48,664 bases of DNA, from positions 1 to 48,664 of the forward strand of contig CAZXCJ010000002.1 in assembly GCA_964639335.1 (NCBI GenBank), written 5' to 3'. The notes below the pieces were generated by a model. The model was not told where the DNA came from and did not search any database. It saw nothing but the letters and a program-made list of their open reading frames with translations. This DNA is from an uncultured Gammaproteobacteria bacterium (GTDB taxonomy: Bacteria > Patescibacteriota > Patescibacteriia > UBA1558 > S5-K13). Below, in pieces: positions 1 through 8,743 of this stretch. Within the stretch, counting starts at the first letter, position 1, and the number at the start of each line of letters is the position of its first letter. A program made the position numbers and the translations under genes.

Positions 1-65
1 AACAGGATTTTTCATGGAAGCAAAGTGCAAAAAAATACATTAAACTTTATAAAAAGTTAATGTGA
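1..65 (+). CDS. 3' end of a CDS cut by the window edge; tail resembles GT1-family glycosyltransferase / glycogen-synthase-like enzymes
   Basis: Frame 3 reads QDFSWKQSAKKYIKLYKKLM with stop TGA at 63-65. The FSW..SAK.Y..LY pattern is the usual C-terminal helix of GT-B glycosyltransferases. Only 21 codons are visible. Confidence 0.4.
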   Translation, partial: QDFSWKQSAKKYIKLYKKLM

Positions 66-324
66 AATTTAATAATATTTAAAACAGAGAAGTAAAATAA
101 AATTTGTTAAAATTAAAAAGTAAAATATTAAATTAACCCTGTTAAATAATTTTAAATTTAGTCTATTGTGCTATACTTATGTTTTAAAAGTAGATAAAAA
201 TAAAATTATACAGGATATATAAACAATTTAAAATTAAGATTTATTTATTAAATCTTATTTAAACCTGTTAAATAGTATCGCAATTTAGCGATAATTTAAC
301 AGGTTTAACAGGGTAAATAAAATT

Positions 325-1257
325 ATGTTACAAAAATCAGAACTTAGAAAAGATTATATTCAAAACAAATATGTTATTATTGCTCCCAAAAGAGCTCAAC
401 GTCCTAATATTCGTAAAATTAAGAAATTAAAAATAAAGAAAAATAAAAAAGACCAGAATTGTCCTTTATGTCCTATAAATGTTGATAAGGTAAAAGATTT
501 GTTTACAACGGGCTTTAAAAATCATTGGTATGTTAAGGTAATAAAAAATAAATTTCCAGCAGTGAGCTTAGATAATAAGAAAGCCTATGGTCAGCAAGAA
601 GTAATCATTGACACCCCTGATCATTCATTAGAAATTGAAAATTTATCTATTAAGCATATTGTGAAAATTTTTGATGCCTATTCTGAGAGAACAAAAATTA
701 TTAGCAAAAATAAAAAGATTGGTTACATTATAATTTTTAAAAATAATGGCGGAATAGCAGGGGCTTCTTTAGAACATTCTCATTCCCAGATTTTTGCGAC
801 AAATTTTATTCCTCCGCATTTAGCTGATAAATCGCAAAAACAGCAAGAGTATAAATTAAAATATGGAACTTGTGTTTATTGTGATGTTATAAAAAAAGAA
901 TCTAAAGGACCGCGAGTGATTTATCAAGATAAAAATATCATTGCTTTTTGTCCTTACGCTCCTATATATAATTATGAGGCCTGGATTATGCCAAAAAGGC
1001 ATTTAGATAATATTACATTATTAAATCAATCTGAAAAAGAATCTTTTGCAAAAGCATTGAAATTAATTTTATCAAAAATAAATTTACTAAACTTACCATA
1101 TAATTTTTATTTTCATCAGGTAATACATGATGAAGATCAGCATCTATATATGAAAATAGTTCCTAGGGGAAGCGTATGGGCGGGATTGGAAATAGGTTCA
1201 GGTGTTGTTATTAATCCTATTGATCCTGATGAGGCTGCTAAATTTTATAGATCATAA
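325..1257 (+). CDS. galT: Galactose-1-phosphate uridylyltransferase-like (GalT / HIT-superfamily nucleotidyltransferase)
   Basis: 310-aa ORF with an N-terminal CPLCP zinc-type motif, the H-x-H-x-Q active-site motif (HSHSQIF) and a second half-domain (AFCPYAPIYNYEAWIMPKRH) typical of the two-lobed GalT fold. Confidence 0.75.
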   Translation: MLQKSELRKDYIQNKYVIIAPKRAQRPNIRKIKKLKIKKNKKDQNCPLCPINVDKVKDLFTTGFKNHWYVKVIKNKFPAVSLDNKKAYGQQEVIIDTPDHSLEIENLSIKHIVKIFDAYSERTKIISKNKKIGYIIIFKNNGGIAGASLEHSHSQIFATNFIPPHLADKSQKQQEYKLKYGTCVYCDVIKKESKGPRVIYQDKNIIAFCPYAPIYNYEAWIMPKRHLDNITLLNQSEKESFAKALKLILSKINLLNLPYNFYFHQVIHDEDQHLYMKIVPRGSVWAGLEIGSGVVINPIDPDEAAKFYRS

Positions 1258-1429
1258 AAATTAAGAAATAATAAATGTAAAGATTAAAGATTTAGAGAAA
1301 TATTTGAAGTAAGAATTAGGTATTATGAATTAAGAATTAAGGATTAAGTATTATGGATAAGTATCTTCAAATAATGCAGAATTTTGTTTTGATAATTTTT
1401 ACATTACTAATACCTTTTTTGGAGATCAA

Positions 1430-1618
1430 TTGAATTTGTATTATATTGAAAAATACATTGAGGAATTAGAGGAATTAAAGAATGAATACAAAGAAGATAA
1501 TGAGAAAGAGAATAAAAGAGATAGATATCTATATATATTTAATGCAATTAAAGATAAATTAGAATCTAGAGAAATTGAAAAAAAGAATGCTTCAAAATTA
1601 GTCCAGAAGAAAAAATGA
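1430..1618 (+). CDS. Hypothetical small charged coiled-coil protein (TTG start)
   Basis: 62-aa ORF with a non-ATG start and no recognisable motif. Coding status is uncertain. Confidence 0.3.
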   Translation: MNLYYIEKYIEELEELKNEYKEDNEKENKRDRYLYIFNAIKDKLESREIEKKNASKLVQKKK

Positions 1619-1692
1619 TTTGATTTTTATTTTAAAAGTGTTAATATAAATAATCCTTTGTATTTGTATAATATATTTAGTATAATAAAAGT

Positions 1693-2025
1693 ATGATAAA
1701 TAGTATTTATAATAAAATTTTTAGATTATTTGCGCCGGGTAAACCAGCTTTAGAGATTAAGAAAGAATACAATATCCCCAATGAGTTGAGTATGAAAATT
1801 CGTTTTACTAAAGATGGATATTTTATTCTAACTTGTAATGAGTTACCAGGATTAATTACAGAAGCTAAGAATGGTAAAGAACTTGTCCATATGTTTAATG
1901 ATGCTGTTCTTAGTTATTTTGATGTTCCTAAACAAGAAGGAGATGTTGTTTATGACGGATTAAACATAGAGGGATATGGGACCTTTACTATAAACGATGC
2001 TAAAAAAGTTACTCAGTTAGCATAA
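1693..2025 (+). CDS. hicB: HicB-like antitoxin (UPF0150-type fold)
   Basis: The pattern DGYFILTCNELPGLITEAKNGKELVHMFNDAVLSYF matches the HicB N-terminal core (..y.a.vpelPG..t.G.t.eE....eAi). It lies 4 nt upstream of a HicA-like ORF. A TATAAT box at 1681-1686 sits 6 nt before the ATG. Confidence 0.55.
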   Translation: MINSIYNKIFRLFAPGKPALEIKKEYNIPNELSMKIRFTKDGYFILTCNELPGLITEAKNGKELVHMFNDAVLSYFDVPKQEGDVVYDGLNIEGYGTFTINDAKKVTQLA

Positions 2026-2029
2026 ATTT

Positions 2030-2290
2030 ATGAGAAAAGTTGATTTTAATAGAAAACAGTGCATTAAATCTTTAAAAAAGTTAGGTTTTATAAAAAAGAA
2101 TACTAGACGTAGTAAACATGATAAATTTTTTGCTCCGAAGGATTTATTAGAGAGTAAACAAGAAAATCAACCACCTTTTATAATGATTCCAAGATCTAGA
2201 CAAATTCATTGTCAACTAGAAATTAGAAAAGAAATTTGGGCATTTGGTGGCGACGAGTTGATTAAGAAATTTTTGGATAACATGAAATAA
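2030..2290 (+). CDS. hicA: HicA-like mRNA interferase toxin
   Basis: The N-terminus KQCIKSLKKLGFIKKNTRRSKHDKF fits the HicA/YcfA signature (l.k.L.klGf......GSH..f). It is small (86 aa) and adjacent to the HicB-like gene. Confidence 0.55.
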   Translation: MRKVDFNRKQCIKSLKKLGFIKKNTRRSKHDKFFAPKDLLESKQENQPPFIMIPRSRQIHCQLEIRKEIWAFGGDELIKKFLDNMK

Positions 2291-4465
2291 TTACTCTAAA
2301 TGCACATCATTAGAAATTTGAGAGATTTTATCCTTAAGTAAAGGATATTTTTTTAATTCTGGGTCTTCGGAAAATATTTTTTCCACCCAGATTCTAACTT
2401 TTTTATTTAATTCTAAATCAGACAAGTCGGCAATCTTAATTTGACTTAAAAATCCAGACTGGGTAGTGCCATAAATATCACCACTGCCTCTAAATTTTAA
2501 ATCAGCTTCCGCTAACTTAAAACCATCATTAGTTTGGGTTAAAATTTCCAATCTTTTTTTGGTTTTAAAGCTAGTATTATCAGTGAATAAAAAGCAAAAA
2601 GATTGATATTCACTACGACCAACTCGGCCTCGAAATTGATGTAAAGAAGCCAATCCAAACCTATCCGCATCTTCAATCATCATAATAGTAGCATTAGGAT
2701 AATCAACGCCTACTTCAATTATTGAAGTAGAAACTAAAATTTTAGTTTTATTATTAGCAAAATTATCTAAAACGTCTTTTTTTTCAGCTTCTTTCATTTT
2801 GCCATGTAAAAAACCAATTTCTAAATTAGGAAAGACCTCATTATTTAATTTTTCATATTCGGTAGTAACTGATTTAACTCCTAATTTATCAGATTCGTTA
2901 ATTAAGGGGCAGACTACAAAAACTTGGTGGCCTTTTTTAATATGATTGTAAATAAATTCGTAGGCCTTAGCTCTGTTTTTTGGTTCAACTAATTTTGTAA
3001 TGATTTCTTTGCGTCCCAGCGGCTTTTCTTTAATTTGAGAAATGTCTAAATCGCCGTAAATACTTAAAGCCAAAGAACGAGGGATGGGAGTAGCGGTCAT
3101 AGATAAAAAATGAGGTGATTTACTGTTTGAGGCGGGTTTTTTTCCGCCAGAGGCGGATCCGCCTCTGGCGGATAATAATTCATGTCTTTGTTTTACCCCA
3201 AAACGATGTTGTTCATCAACAACAATAAGGCCTAATTTTTTAAACTGAATATCTTTTTGAATTATAGAATGTGTACCAATAATGAATTTGATTTCTCCTT
3301 TATTAATTCTTTCAATAAGTTTCTTTTTACTTAATGTTTCGGCCCGCTTCGCCGTAGCTTCAGCGAGGCGAGCTATTTCTTTTTTACCATTATAAACTCG
3401 CCTGTCTTTATTAGTAAAGAGGGCGATAGTGATATTTTCTTTTTTTAGATATTTAATAATATTTTTAAAATGCTGTTTAGCTAAAATTTGAGTAGGAACC
3501 ATAAAAGCAATTTGGTATTTATTTAAAACAGTATTATAAGCAGATATTAGGGCAACGATTGTTTTTCCAGAGCCAACGTCTCCTTCTAATAATCTATTCA
3601 TAGGTACATTTTTTTCTAAATCTTGTAATATTTGCCAAGCAGATTTTTTTTGATCTGTTGTTAATTTAAATGGCAGAGATTGGACAAATTTTTTAATTTT
3701 ATTTTCTTTAAATTCAATTTGTATGGCTTTATTTTTTTGATTATCTCTTTTAATTGATTTGGCCAAAGAAATTAAAATAAATATTTCATTAAAGGCAATT
3801 CTTTTTTTAGCTTGTTTTAATTTTTTTTCATTGTCAGGAAAATGAATTTGTCTAATGGCCTCGTCTAAAACTAATAGATTTTCTTTTTTTCCCGCGAACG
3901 GGATCCCGCTTTGCGGTGATAATATTTCTTGAGGAAGCCATTCTTTTAAAAGATATGTTGCCGGTAAGCAGGTTTTTATTAAATAGCGAATTTGTTTTTG
4001 ACTCAATCTTTCTGTACTGGGATAAATTGGTACAATTCTAGCAGTGTGAGCTGTTTTATTGCTTATTTTTTCATAGGCAGGGCTAACAAAAGAATAACCC
4101 AGCAGGCTTTTTTTAACTTTCCCAGAAATAAATATTTTATCGCCAGGACGGATATTTTTAATAATAAAAGGTTGATTAAACCAAACAATCTGTACTTGTC
4201 CAGTTTCATCTTCTAAAAGGGCTTCAGTAATATTCATGCGTCTGGTTTTGGCTCTTTTATTATTTATCAAACTTATTTTACCCTGAACGGTTGTTGTTTC
4301 ATCGTCTTCTAATTCAGCAATTTTTTTGATTTTAGAATAATCGTCATAGCGAAAAGGATAATAAAAAAGAATGTCCTCGACTTTATTTAAGCCCAATTTT
4401 TGAAGCTTTTTGTAAATACTTGCTCCAATGCCGTAGATTTGATCTAATTTAGTATTTAAGTCCAT
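2291..4465 (-). CDS. recG: ATP-dependent DNA helicase RecG
   Basis: 724 aa with an N-terminal wedge/OB region, Walker A GDVGSGKT, VVDEQHRFG, MTATPIPRSL and HQFRGRVGR. It carries three short GC-rich in-frame inserts (see findings). Confidence 0.95.
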   Translation of the reverse strand: MDLNTKLDQIYGIGASIYKKLQKLGLNKVEDILFYYPFRYDDYSKIKKIAELEDDETTTVQGKISLINNKRAKTRRMNITEALLEDETGQVQIVWFNQPFIIKNIRPGDKIFISGKVKKSLLGYSFVSPAYEKISNKTAHTARIVPIYPSTERLSQKQIRYLIKTCLPATYLLKEWLPQEILSPQSGIPFAGKKENLLVLDEAIRQIHFPDNEKKLKQAKKRIAFNEIFILISLAKSIKRDNQKNKAIQIEFKENKIKKFVQSLPFKLTTDQKKSAWQILQDLEKNVPMNRLLEGDVGSGKTIVALISAYNTVLNKYQIAFMVPTQILAKQHFKNIIKYLKKENITIALFTNKDRRVYNGKKEIARLAEATAKRAETLSKKKLIERINKGEIKFIIGTHSIIQKDIQFKKLGLIVVDEQHRFGVKQRHELLSARGGSASGGKKPASNSKSPHFLSMTATPIPRSLALSIYGDLDISQIKEKPLGRKEIITKLVEPKNRAKAYEFIYNHIKKGHQVFVVCPLINESDKLGVKSVTTEYEKLNNEVFPNLEIGFLHGKMKEAEKKDVLDNFANNKTKILVSTSIIEVGVDYPNATIMMIEDADRFGLASLHQFRGRVGRSEYQSFCFLFTDNTSFKTKKRLEILTQTNDGFKLAEADLKFRGSGDIYGTTQSGFLSQIKIADLSDLELNKKVRIWVEKIFSEDPELKKYPLLKDKISQISNDVHLE
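3131..3171. repeat. GC-rich hairpin module inside recG, kept in frame
   Basis: Contains hairpin ggcgg-gttttttt-ccgcc followed by the perfect 22-nt palindrome ccagaggcggatccgcctctgg. It encodes ...ARGGSASGGKKPAS... in a variable loop just before the MTATPIPR motif. Confidence 0.7.
3891..3919. repeat. GC-rich module inside recG, homologous to the one inside smpB
   Basis: The sequence cccgcgaacgggatcccgctttgcggtga encodes SPQSGIPFAGK. Nearly the same DNA lies at 42940-42989 in smpB and encodes SPQS..SGIPFAGK. Confidence 0.8.
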
Positions 4466-4684
4466 AATTTAATCTTAGCAGATATTTTGGGAAATTGAAA
4501 AATTAACCACGTGGTTGTCAACCTATTTTACTATTTTATAATAAAATATGAATAGATTTTTTATTGTTTTGTGAGTTTTTTTCTCTTCCACCTTGAACCT
4601 TAATTTTCTCTTGTTTTTTATGCTTAATTTTACTATAATTAAATGGTGAGGCGATAATTTAATTAATAAATAATAAGAAAAAAT

Positions 4685-4996
4685 ATGGATAAAAAGAAAA
4701 TTTTAGGAATTGTTTTGGTTATTTTAGCTGTAGCATTACAACTTTCAAAAGTTTTACCCCTATGGCTTAATGTAATTATTTTAGTTTTAGGTATAGTAAT
4801 GTTATTGTGTCAATGTAAAAAATGTGTTAAGAAAACAGAGGAAGCACATCCCGCAGAAGTAAAACCAGAAGAACCCAAGATAGAGGAAGAAGTAAAACCA
4901 GAGGAGCCAGCCGAAGATTTTGACAAAGGAGAAATTGCTAAGACCCCAGCAGAAGAAAATGTAGTAGAGGAAGAAAAAGAAGATATTAATATTTAG
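4685..4996 (+). CDS. Small membrane protein with an acidic Pro/Glu-rich tail
   Basis: 103 aa with two N-terminal hydrophobic helices, then a PEEP/EEE low-complexity tail. No family recognised. Confidence 0.5.
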   Translation: MDKKKILGIVLVILAVALQLSKVLPLWLNVIILVLGIVMLLCQCKKCVKKTEEAHPAEVKPEEPKIEEEVKPEEPAEDFDKGEIAKTPAEENVVEEEKEDINI

Positions 4997-5103
4997 TTAT
5001 TGTATAAAAACCTTGTACCATACGGCACGGGGTTTTTGTTTTGTTTTAAAAAACTATCATAAATTGGTATAATAAAAACACTTAATCAATAATAATAAAA
5101 GAC

Positions 5104-5685
5104 ATGGAAACTATTAAAAATTTAACCAAGGCCTTTATTGGGGAGAGCCAGGCTAGGAATAGGTATACTTTTTATTCCAAAATAGCCAAAAAGGAGGGTT
5201 ATGAAAAAATTGCGGCTATTTTTGAATTAACCGCCAATCAGGAAAAAGAACATGCCAAATGGTTAATGCGAATGATTAATGAATTAAAAGAAAAATTAGA
5301 CAATGCTACTGAATATGATGAAATTAAAGTTGAGGCTGGGTGTCCTACAATTTTAAAAGACACAATAAATAATTTAAAGGCGGCCATTGCTGGAGAGAAT
5401 TATGAACATACTGATATGTATCCTACTTTTGCTGATAAGGCAGAGGAAGAAGGTTATCTGGAAATTGCTCAAAGGTTGCGAGCCATAGCTAAAGCTGAAT
5501 CTTTTCACGAAGAAAGGTATCAAAAATTATTAGGCGAATTAGAAAATAAATCAGTTTTCAAAAAAGAAGAAAAAATATATTGGGTTTGTCATAATTGTGG
5601 TTATATTCATGAAGGAGAAGAAGCTCCCGAAGAATGTCCTTCTTGCTCACATCCTCGGGCCTATTTTGAGGAAAAATGTATTTAA
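5104..5685 (+). CDS. rbr: Rubrerythrin
   Basis: Ferritin-like di-iron domain with E..H motifs ([15 protein letters not shown]) plus a C-terminal rubredoxin-like CHNCG...CPSC. Confidence 0.9.
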   Translation: METIKNLTKAFIGESQARNRYTFYSKIAKKEGYEKIAAIFELTANQEKEHAKWLMRMINELKEKLDNATEYDEIKVEAGCPTILKDTINNLKAAIAGENYEHTDMYPTFADKAEEEGYLEIAQRLRAIAKAESFHEERYQKLLGELENKSVFKKEEKIYWVCHNCGYIHEGEEAPEECPSCSHPRAYFEEKCI

Positions 5686-5741
5686 ATAGCTATCAGCTTT
5701 CAGCTTTTAGCAATTAGTTATTATTAATTAGTTGGAAATAC

Positions 5742-6209
5742 ATGACTAAGAAAAGAGAAATTTATAAATGTGAAATTTGTGGAAATATTATAGAGATTCT
5801 GCATGTTGGTGTTGGAGAATTAGTTTGTTGTGGGCAAGCTATGAAATTAATGACTGAAAAAACCCAAGACGAAAATCAAGAGAAGCCCGCCGACGCTACC
5901 TCCTTCGATAAATCTTCGGAGGTCAGGAAAGCTTTGGCGGACGGGCATTTGCCAGTTATTGAAAAATTACCAGACAATGTTTGCCGAGGTGGAGATGGAA
6001 TTATTGTTAGAGTCGGAGAAATTGCTCATCCCATGGAGGAAAAACATTATATTGAGTGGGTGGAAGTAAAAACCAAAACTGGTAAAATTGGTAAGCAATT
6101 TTTAAAACCAGGAGATAGTACAGAAATGGAATTTCAAACCAGGGACGATATAGTTGAGGTTAGAGTTTATTGTAATCTGCATGGTTTGTGGGTTAAAAAG
6201 ATTGATTAG
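5742..6209 (+). CDS. dfx: Desulfoferrodoxin (2Fe superoxide reductase) carrying a 20-aa in-frame insert
   Basis: N-terminal desulforedoxin-like CEICGN...VCCGQAMKLM, and a C-terminal neelaredoxin domain with HLPVIE, HPMEEKHYIEW and CNLHGLW. Confidence 0.9.
   Translation: MTKKREIYKCEICGNIIEILHVGVGELVCCGQAMKLMTEKTQDENQEKPADATSFDKSSEVRKALADGHLPVIEKLPDNVCRGGDGIIVRVGEIAHPMEEKHYIEWVEVKTKTGKIGKQFLKPGDSTEMEFQTRDDIVEVRVYCNLHGLWVKKID
5886..5945. repeat. 60-nt GC-rich module inserted in frame in dfx
   Basis: Codons 49-68 (PADATSFDKSSEVRKALADG). The DNA shares ccgataaatcttcggagg and tcaggaaagct.tggcgg with the intergenic island at 43305-43437. Confidence 0.8.
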
Positions 6210-6231
6210 ATAAAAAATAAGGCAAAATTAT

Positions 6232-6269
6232 GACTAAGTCTCTTTGGGATGACTTAGTCTTGATTTTTT
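6232..6269 (+). terminator. Rho-independent terminator after dfx
   Basis: A 9-bp perfect stem gactaagtc / gacttagtc (6232-6240, 6251-6259) is followed by ttgatttttt. Confidence 0.55.
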
Positions 6270-6275
6270 AGATTC

Positions 6276-7136
6276 ATGCCAGAATTACCGGAAGTACAAA
6301 CAATTATTAATGGTTTAAAAAAACATGTTTTAAAGAAAAAAATAAAACAGGTTAGGGTTTTGTTACCTAAAATTATTAGAGGTTCTAAAAATAAATTTAT
6401 TCAAGTTCTTAAAAATAATAATTTTATAGATATTAATCGGCGAGGAAAATTTATTATTTTTAGTTTAAAAAATAAGCAATTTTTAATCATTCACTTGAGA
6501 ATGACTGGCCAACTAATTTACATTCAGCAAAATGAAATTATTGCTGGCGGACACAGTAATCAGAGGAATAATTTTAATTTACCACATAAACAAACCCATC
6601 TTATTTTTTCTTTTCAGGATCAGTCGCAATTATTCTATAATGACCAGCGTCAATTTGGCTTTTTAGAAATAAGAGGCCAAAAGGAGCTGAAGGATTTAGA
6701 TAACAAATGGGGAATAGAACCACTTTCTAAAAAATTTACTTTAATTTATTTAAAAAAATTATTAAAAAATAAGAGAATTAATATTAAGGCCTTTTTATTG
6801 AACCAAAAACATATTGCTGGTTTAGGAAATATTTATACCGATGAATCACTTTTTAAAGCTTATATTTTACCAACTCGCCAGACGGATTCTTTAACAGAAA
6901 AAGAAATTAAAAATCTATATCAGGCCATTAAGCAAATTTTAAAATTAGCTCTTCAATATCGAGGAACCACCTTTAATAATTATATAGATGTTCATGGTCG
7001 AAGAGGTAATTTTATTCAGAAATTAAAGGTTTATGGCCGAGAAAATAAAAAATGTCTTCGTTGCCGGCAGGGGATTATTAAAAAGATTAAAGTGGCTGGC
7101 CGAGGAACGCATTATTGTCCGCAGTGTCAGAAGTAA
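6276..7136 (+). CDS. mutM: Formamidopyrimidine-DNA glycosylase
   Basis: Starts MPELPEV (catalytic Pro2/Glu3), has an H2TH region, and ends with the zinc finger CLRC...CPQC. Confidence 0.95.
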   Translation: MPELPEVQTIINGLKKHVLKKKIKQVRVLLPKIIRGSKNKFIQVLKNNNFIDINRRGKFIIFSLKNKQFLIIHLRMTGQLIYIQQNEIIAGGHSNQRNNFNLPHKQTHLIFSFQDQSQLFYNDQRQFGFLEIRGQKELKDLDNKWGIEPLSKKFTLIYLKKLLKNKRINIKAFLLNQKHIAGLGNIYTDESLFKAYILPTRQTDSLTEKEIKNLYQAIKQILKLALQYRGTTFNNYIDVHGRRGNFIQKLKVYGRENKKCLRCRQGIIKKIKVAGRGTHYCPQCQK

Positions 7137-7157
7137 GCTGTCAGCCATATTAATTTA

Positions 7158-7166
7158 TGCTATAAT
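7158..7166 (+). promoter_or_regulatory. Extended -10 promoter element TGCTATAAT
   Basis: Lies within a 24-nt block (7151-7174, taatttatgctataataaaggtat) that recurs exactly at 8779-8802. Confidence 0.4.
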
Positions 7167-7257
7167 AAAGGTATATTTACCCAGCTCCTTTCTGAAATTT
7201 TTAGCTTGTTGCTGGGAAAAAAGATTATTTTGACGATTTTTTTAATCTTTAAAAATT

Positions 7258-8721
7258 ATGTTTGATGAAATTTTACAACAATCACCAGATAATTCTAACA
7301 ATCAACAATCTATTGAACAAAAAGATAGTAAATTAGTTCAAGAATACATAGAACCAACCCCAAAACAACCAGAAGGTGGGATTAAAGTAGAACAATTGCC
7401 GAAAATTGGAAAAAAGATAAAATCAAAATTATTGTTTTTAGTGATTATAGCTATCTCATTGATTATTTTAGGGGGAGGATATTTTTATTATGCAAAAGGA
7501 GAGGCCTTGTTATTAAGTAAAAATATGGAATGGAGGTGGGGTAATGAAACTGAAAATTATTATACAAAAAGTAGCTTGTTTTTAAAAATTAAAAATATTG
7601 ACTTGAAAAATCAATCTTCTAATGTTTTTTTAATGACTGATTCTATTCCAGAAAGTCTGCAATTAAATTTCAATTCTAATATTAAGAGTATAGAAAAAAA
7701 TGGAGAAGGTTTTTTAGCCTTAGAATTAGATATTGGTTCAAAATTAGATTTAGATTTGGATTTTAAAAAAATAGATCAAAATTTATATTTAAAACCTAAA
7801 ATTATTGGTTTAAGCGAGATTATTCCTTTTATTTCAATATCAGATATAGATTTAGAAGACGAGTGGATATTGTTAGAAATAGATGATCAAAATATTCCTT
7901 TATATGGTTTTAGTAAGGCAGGGCCAGATTCTTTAGAAGAGGTTTTAAATGAAAAAATTCCAATTTTTTTAGATAATTTAAAAAAGGAAAATATTTTTTC
8001 CATAGAAGAACCGCATGAGAATAAAATTTTAGAAGGAGCTAAGTTAAAAAAGGTTGGGTATTTTATAAAAGAATCTAAAATGGATGATTTTATATTTTTA
8101 TCAATAGATACATTTTCAGAAGATGAAGATAGGGCTTATGAGACAAAAAAGGAATTTATTGAAAGTAAAACAAAAAAACCAGAGGAATGGAAAAATATTA
8201 AGAATTTTATTCAAAATTTAAAGATCTCTTTGTGGATTGATAAACAAAATAAGATTATTAAAGGAATTGATTTTAATTTAAATAATTTTGAAGTTGATAC
8301 TAAAGATTTTGCAGCTGATATTGATTTAGAATTTAGTAATTTAATGGATGATATTGAAAAAACAGAAATTTTAGCTCCAAATAATCATATTTCTATGGAG
8401 GATTTTTTACAAAGTATGCAGGACTCTTTCGGTCTTAATTTAAATACTTCGATTAAGGAAAGTGCGGAATTGATTGATGGAGAAAATTTTAATAATAAAG
8501 ACTCAGATGGAGACGGGCTAACAGATTATATTGAACAGATTATAGGTACAGATATAAATAAGAAGGATACAGACGGAGACACCTATTTAGATTTAGAAGA
8601 AATAGTGGCAGGATATGATCCTTTGAGTGATGGTAAATTAGAATTGGAGATTTTAGATGCATATATTAAATTGATAGAAGATAATAAATTAAATAACAAT
8701 GTTAATAACATAGATAATTAG
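7258..8721 (+). CDS. Membrane-anchored hypothetical protein with C-terminal Ca-binding (thrombospondin type-3-like) Asp repeats
   Basis: 487 aa with one TM helix (LLFLVIIAISLIILGGGYFYY) and C-terminal DSDGDGLTD / DTDGDTYLD motifs. Confidence 0.6.
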   Translation: MFDEILQQSPDNSNNQQSIEQKDSKLVQEYIEPTPKQPEGGIKVEQLPKIGKKIKSKLLFLVIIAISLIILGGGYFYYAKGEALLLSKNMEWRWGNETENYYTKSSLFLKIKNIDLKNQSSNVFLMTDSIPESLQLNFNSNIKSIEKNGEGFLALELDIGSKLDLDLDFKKIDQNLYLKPKIIGLSEIIPFISISDIDLEDEWILLEIDDQNIPLYGFSKAGPDSLEEVLNEKIPIFLDNLKKENIFSIEEPHENKILEGAKLKKVGYFIKESKMDDFIFLSIDTFSEDEDRAYETKKEFIESKTKKPEEWKNIKNFIQNLKISLWIDKQNKIIKGIDFNLNNFEVDTKDFAADIDLEFSNLMDDIEKTEILAPNNHISMEDFLQSMQDSFGLNLNTSIKESAELIDGENFNNKDSDGDGLTDYIEQIIGTDINKKDTDGDTYLDLEEIVAGYDPLSDGKLELEILDAYIKLIEDNKLNNNVNNIDN

Positions 8722-8743
8722 ATAATGAAAAATTAAATTTTAA

